A DNA stretch of 39,896 bases, taken from positions 116,134 to 156,029 of the forward strand of contig WELA01003159.1 of the NCBI GenBank assembly GCA_009602735.1, read 5' to 3'. The position numbers were made by a program, and so were the translations under genes. Source of the stretch: Mesotaenium endlicherianum. Lineage: Eukaryota. Numbering within the stretch: the stretch's first letter is position 1; each line of letters opens with the position of its first letter. Positions 34,670 through 39,896 of this stretch are shown here, piece by piece. The notes beneath the pieces were generated by a model, which ran no database searches, was not told the origin of the DNA, and was given only the letters and a program-made list of their open reading frames with translations.

Positions 34670-36324
34670 TGCGTGCGCGTGCATGTACGCACGCCCCCGC
34701 GCATGGGTCAGTCCGATTACAGGCTAATGTGGAGATGCAGGGCACATGGGCTGCAAGCGAGTATGCCTTGGGCCCAAGAGACAGTATAAAAAATGAAAAT
34801 CTGTCCCCATCAAAGTTCTTAGGCCGGAAGGGGGATGGCCACCTCCGACACTCAACCTAGAGCCTTAGAGAACAGCGCAGCCTTTTCAGCCTCCACAAGC
34901 ACTTGGTAAGACCAACTTGCAAACAGCTACTCTGTGCCGCGCAAGCGTGCAAGCGCAAGCACTCGTTCTGCAAGGCATGCATATACGCGCGCAAGTGTTA
35001 GTGAGGACTTGTAGACTTGTGTGCCAGCCGGGCAAACCAGTAGAAGGAGCGTGCATGCACAGAGGCAGGCAGGGCCCAAGCTTTAAGCTTGACAGGCACG
35101 CATAGTCGCCCTTGATATCCAAAACAACGCGAATGAGCTTGGGCACGACACGCCCACGCAAGGACGGAGCTTGCAAGAGGGGGCGGGGGAGGGGGGAAAG
35201 GGAGAAGAAATGGCCGGAGAGCGTGGGCCGGACAGGATAGGGAGGGACTAGCACAGGTGTGCATCGTGCAGTTGAGATCAAGGGTCGCGCGTGGCAAGCG
35301 CGTGGCAAGCGGGAGGCAAGGGGGCTGCTTACGGAAATAGTCCAGGCATCGAGCAAACTCCCCAAACACGGTGAGGTCGCGGCAGGCGAGCCAGTCGGCG
35401 GTCTTCGGCAGCGGCCCCGTGAAGCGGCTGGGGCCGATCCTCGTCAAGTACCCGACCCTGCTGTTGTTCTCCTTCCTGCACGCATTGCGTTTGCTTGCTC
35501 GACACGGCCCGGGCAGGAGTGCGTGAGCATTTCATATCAAGGTCCAGATCCGAAGTGCCCGTGTGAATGGGGACTGGACGGGGAGGGTGCGCGAGGTGAG
35601 GACGCGTCGTCAACGTGAGCGGACGGGCCGGGTGCGCCGATATGCTGTTCTGACTGATGTGCATGGTGCACTCGTGCGGTGATCGAGTGCGACCGGGTAC
35701 TCACAAGCAGGCGCACGCAGGCAGGCAGGAAAATCGACGATGACCTCATAAGGATGGAAGATAGCCGGCACTTGCTGTGAATGCATGTGCACATGGAATC
35801 TCACGCAAGCATGCATGCATGCATGTGCCTGGAAGGACAGCCGAGAGGACTGAAAAGGCGCATGCATGTTGACGAGCAGATTCAGATTGCAGTGTGTCAA
35901 GAACAAGGATACAAGAGGGAGTCGCAAACATTGGCAGCTGGCTCACTCACTCACTCACCCTCGGAAGTAGCCCCACGGGTTGATGGTGCGGGAGGGGCCC
36001 AGGCTGCCCCAAGTGAGCGCCGCCAGCTTCTTCGCTTCCGTGCCTCTGGGCACTCGCCAGAGCGCAAACTGCCCATCCTTGACTGCGCACGCGCGGGCGG
36101 GCAGCCACACGAGAACGTCTTGGGTTTTTAGAAATACGCCCGGACATCTACGCCCGTCGTCTCTTGGTGCACCATTCACGCGTGTGAAAGCATCGAAAGA
36201 GAGAGGATCGACTTGCACCTGCTGAAGGATGCCGGAGCAAGCAAGCAAGTTCACCGCTTTGCTTCGCTACGATGCTGCGCGCCATGATGAGGCTGTGAAA
36301 CAAGCGCAGCCTACTGTGGCGTGC

Positions 36325-36359
<35 letters not shown>

Positions 36360-37222
36360 NNNNNNNNNNNNNNNNNNNNNNNNNNNNNNNNNNNNNNNNN
36401 NNNNNNNNNNNNNNNNNNNNNNNNNNNNNNNNNNNNNNNNNNNNNNNNNNNNNNNNNNNNNNNNNNNNNNNNNNNNNNNNNNNNNNNNNNNNNNNNNNNN
36501 NNNNNNNNNNNNNNNNNNNNNNNNNNNNNNNNNNNNNNNNNNNNNNNNNNNNNNNNNNNNNNNNNNNNNNNNNNNNNNNNNNNNNNNNNNNNNNNNNNNN
36601 NNNNNNNNNNNNNNNNNNNNNNNNNNNNNNNNNNNNNNNNNNNNNNNNNNNNNNNNNNNNNNNNNNNNNNNNNNNNNNNNNNNNNNNNNNNNNNNNNNNN
36701 NNNNNNNNNNNNNNNNNNNNNNNNNNNNNNNNNNNNNNNNNNNNNNNNNNNNNNNNNNNNNNNNNNNNNNNNNNNNNNNNNNNNNNNNNNNNNNNNNNNN
36801 NNNNNNNNNNNNNNNNNNNNNNNNNNNNNNNNNNNNNNNNNNNNNNNNNNNNNNNNNNNNNNNNNNNNNNNNNNNNNNNNNNNNNNNNNNNNNNNNNNNN
36901 NNNNNNNNNNNNNNNNNNNNNNNNNNNNNNNNNNNNNNNNNNNNNNNNNNNNNNNNNNNNNNNNNNNNNNNNNNNNNNNNNNNNNNNNNNNNNNNNNNNN
37001 NNNNNNNNNNNNNNNNNNNNNNNNNNNNNNNNNNNNNNNNNNNNNNNNNNNNNNNNNNNNNNNNNNNNNNNNNNNNNNNNNNNNNNNNNNNNNNNNNNNN
37101 NNNNNNNNNNNNNNNNNNNNNNNNNNNNNNNNNNNNNNNNNNNNNNNNNNNNNNNNNNNNNNNNNNNNNNNNNNNNNNNNNNNNNNNNNNNNNNNNNNNN
37201 NNNNNNNNNNNNNNNNNNNNNN

Positions 37223-37257
<35 letters not shown>

Positions 37258-39779
37258 ATATACACATATACTATGTAATCACATATATTATTTGTGAGAA
37301 ATACTTTCATAATCTATACAACCCATATGAATATGTGTGTATTACATGACGCAGCATATATTCATGATATGTTTGATACTTACGAAGATCTGTTAAATTA
37401 TGGTAAGATGAATCTAGATACAAGTATATTCTGGACATACATCTATGCCTATACATACGTACACGTTAGTATACAAATGTATGTCTGTGTGTGAGAAGAT
37501 GTGTTTGCATGCATAAATTTTGTACGCACATACGTGTATGGGATGTAGACATACACATCTCTATAGATGTACGTCTACAAATATGTGTACCAATAACACA
37601 AGTGGCCAAAAAACAGCAACCTTCAAGCTCCCGCTCTGACAGCCCAAACGCATCCCACCTTATTTCACTCGGCAGCCAAGTGAACAACACCAGGGGTCAC
37701 AGGCCCACCAAACGCCTGCCTGTGGTGCGAGCAGAAACAAAAGGCAGGCGCGATCCGGCCAGCAGCTGCGTCTCTACAACTCAAAAAAAGAAAAGAAAAC
37801 AGCCCAGACTTCGTGCATGCGCCGTAGACTGGCTCGCTGCACAGAGTGCCCCGAGAGAAGCAAGATCCACGAATTGACGATTGGTGAATTATTAGTATTA
37901 TACATGTACATACGCTATCACTATCATATTACCGTCATACACACGAAAGAGCTCACCAATATACTCGTCGACCTCGTCTCCAAAGACGCTGCCGTAATAA
38001 TGCACCGACCACACCGCGGACTTTGTGGGATCCGGGAGGTCGCCGTCGGCGAGGTAGTCCCAGTACGGCATCGCCACGTGGGGCTTGATGAGCTGTGCGC
38101 AGCACACGCGACACGTGGCGTAAAAAGAAACGGGGGAAATGAGGGCTCAAACTAGAACGAGTAGACCAACAGAGCACACCCCACGGCCCCACGGCTGGGT
38201 GCCATCATCCGGGGAGCCGTCAAAGGGCCAAAGCGGCGTGGATGCCGAGAGAACTCAAAGCGACTGAACCCATCCAAATAACTGGCTGGCCCTGACGTCC
38301 GGGACCGGACCCGTGGACCCGCGGACATGCACAGAGGTGTCCCACAGCAATGCCACACACACGCTCTACTGCGCACTCTCGCACTCGCGCGCATTGAGCG
38401 CAGGGTGGGAGGGCTGGCAAGACAGGACACCCTTCTCAACTCATGCACAAGCATACACTAAGGGGGAGAAAAATGCAGTTGGGTGCGGGACTTTTGTTTC
38501 ATGGAGAAGAGAGGGGGGGNNNNNNNNNNNNNNNNNNNNNNNNNNNNNNNNNNNNNNNNNNNNNNNNNNNNNNNNNNNNNNNNNNNNGGGGGGGGGAGGG
38601 GGGGTGTGCGAGCATAAAGGCACCCGGCAGGCTCCAAGATCTGGTGGACAAGACGAGCGAGAGCTGACAAGTGGACAGCTTCTGCGTTCACCTCGAGCGA
38701 GGGCCAACCATGACACCGCGTTGGGAAGGTGAGAAGGTCGCAGCTGGCTCATCGATGGTTGCCAGCTGGCAGCTCACCTGGATGACGCGGCTGAACTCGT
38801 TGGTGAAGGCCCTGTGGGTGGGCATGAAGGAGGGCCCCAGGTGCCCCAGGTCGCACTTCTGGGTGTAGAGGAACGCCGCGTGCCGCGCCACCATCTCGTA
38901 GTAGTTGTAGAACCTGCAGCCCACAGAAGTACCAGGAGATGTTACAAGTTAGAGACAGGCCCCTAAAGGGAAAAAGAGAAAAAGAAGACGAAAAATAAGA
39001 CAATGGAGGAGAAGGAAAGAAGAGAGCACATATTTGAACAAGGCAATGCATAAGGTGCACGAAGCAACCCAAGCAGCCTGCAAGCCAGAGTGTGAGATCA
39101 ACCAGCGGGGCAGTGGCGTGATCGCTGGCACGATGTGACATGACGTGAGCACGGGCGTGAGGCAAGAGAGGCCTCTAGGAGGCTTCTTACCCTTTGCTGT
39201 ACTTCTTCCGGCCCTGCTTGGTGGGGGTCTTCGCCATGAGCTTGACGGCGTCAAAGTAGTCCTGGCGGTCGGCGGCGCTCATGCTGCGGATCTCGCGCCG
39301 CACGTACACCACCGTCACCGCTGCCTCGCCCACCTGCGCCGACCGAAAGCGCCATGCCTCTCGGATTAGCCGATGCCGGCGTCTGCATCGCATGTCACTG
39401 CTACCTCTCCTGCACCTGCGAAAGCAGAAATTGTCAGTGACCTCACTTAACGACACCTGCATCTTCCTTGCATGAAGAGGGGGGGGGGGGGAGGGGGGGA
39501 GAGGGAGGGGGACTGGGCTGTCTGCACCCCAGCATGCAGCGAGGGACAGGTAAGCGAGGTCTGGAAGGGGGCGGTCCCCACGCACCAGCGAAGGCTTGCA
39601 TTGACACCAGTGCTTGGCGCCGGGGCGGGCTCTCGCGAGGGGACATGCAAACACTCTGACGCTGGCGAGACCCAGCTTCCGGTACGTGAGCGACACCTGG
39701 CATCCAAACGCCGCCTGTCCCTCGCTGCCCACCACCTTGAGGACGTGCTGGGAGCCGTCGGCGCACTCGTAGGAGACAA
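32855..39779 (-). CDS. Tyrosinase/catechol oxidase family type-3 di-copper protein, multi-exon, 5'-partial
   Basis: Exons (minus strand): 39779-39586, 39333-39191 (YVRREIRSMSAADRQDYFDAV), 38913-38778 (VARH...CDLGHLGPSFMPTHRAF, three CuA His), 38092-37957 (AMPYWDY), 36082-35959 (VKDGQFALW...NPWGYFRG), 35475-35333, 34636-34383 (LHGPAHHW, two CuB His), about 33690-33475, 33261-32855 (TSPLDPIFWVHHTNVDRL, third CuB His, then stop). All six copper-ligand His are present. The 34383-to-33690 junction is phase-unresolved. No start codon lies in the window. Confidence 0.9.
34639..34668. repeat. (GCAC)n tetranucleotide repeat abutting a splice acceptor
   Basis: About 7 GCAC units immediately upstream (on the minus strand) of the tyrosinase CuB exon acceptor. 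Confidence 0.9.
36330..37254. repeat. (TA)n microsatellite on both sides of an assembly gap (N 36360-37222) in a tyrosinase intron
   Basis: TA runs flank the gap on both sides, followed by AT-rich degenerate TA/CA sequence to about 37600. Confidence 0.85.
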
Positions 39780-39896
39780 CTGCACACGCGGAAGTAGAGA
39801 CTTCAGTCGACATGAAACATATGCGCGCGCAAGCGCACGCACCCCACAAGGCGAAGTGTCCCCGGCCGAAGGGGGAGGAGGGAGGGGAGAGGGGGG

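Noticed and set aside
36229..37349. Long ORFs crossing N runs (also 19322-21792)
   Set aside because: Artefacts of gaps translated as X.
324..39779. The four genes as one functional cluster or novel system
   Set aside because: No shared pathway, regulatory motif or paralogy is evident; adjacency in a eukaryotic genome is not evidence of linkage.

Overview
Eukaryotic, intron-rich genomic DNA with GC-rich exons, alternating purine/pyrimidine microsatellites in introns and several assembly gaps. The plant-type DCD-Kelch and group C-like bZIP genes point to a green plant, most plausibly a streptophyte alga (inference). Four spliced protein-coding genes were reconstructed by hand from splice sites and reading-frame phase: (1) a minus-strand DCD-domain/Kelch-repeat gene (ATG 6888, running towards the left edge) with an apparent 1-nt frameshift; (2) a divergently oriented plus-strand gene (8462-25235, about 10 exons) for an unidentified coiled-coil protein of roughly 3,750 aa with several internal periodicities; (3) a three-exon minus-strand bZIP transcription factor (29030-26958); (4) a minus-strand type-3 di-copper tyrosinase/catechol oxidase gene (5' end beyond the right edge, stop at 32855). 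The tyrosinase architecture resembles the form I recall from stramenopiles and haptophytes rather than land-plant polyphenol oxidase. Between genes 3 and 4 is an AT-rich island with decayed ORF-like fragments, short tandem duplications and a palindrome cluster. No RNA genes, CRISPR arrays or intact transposons were recognised. I see no evidence for a multi-gene novel system; the best leads are the tyrosinase subtype and the giant coiled-coil protein.
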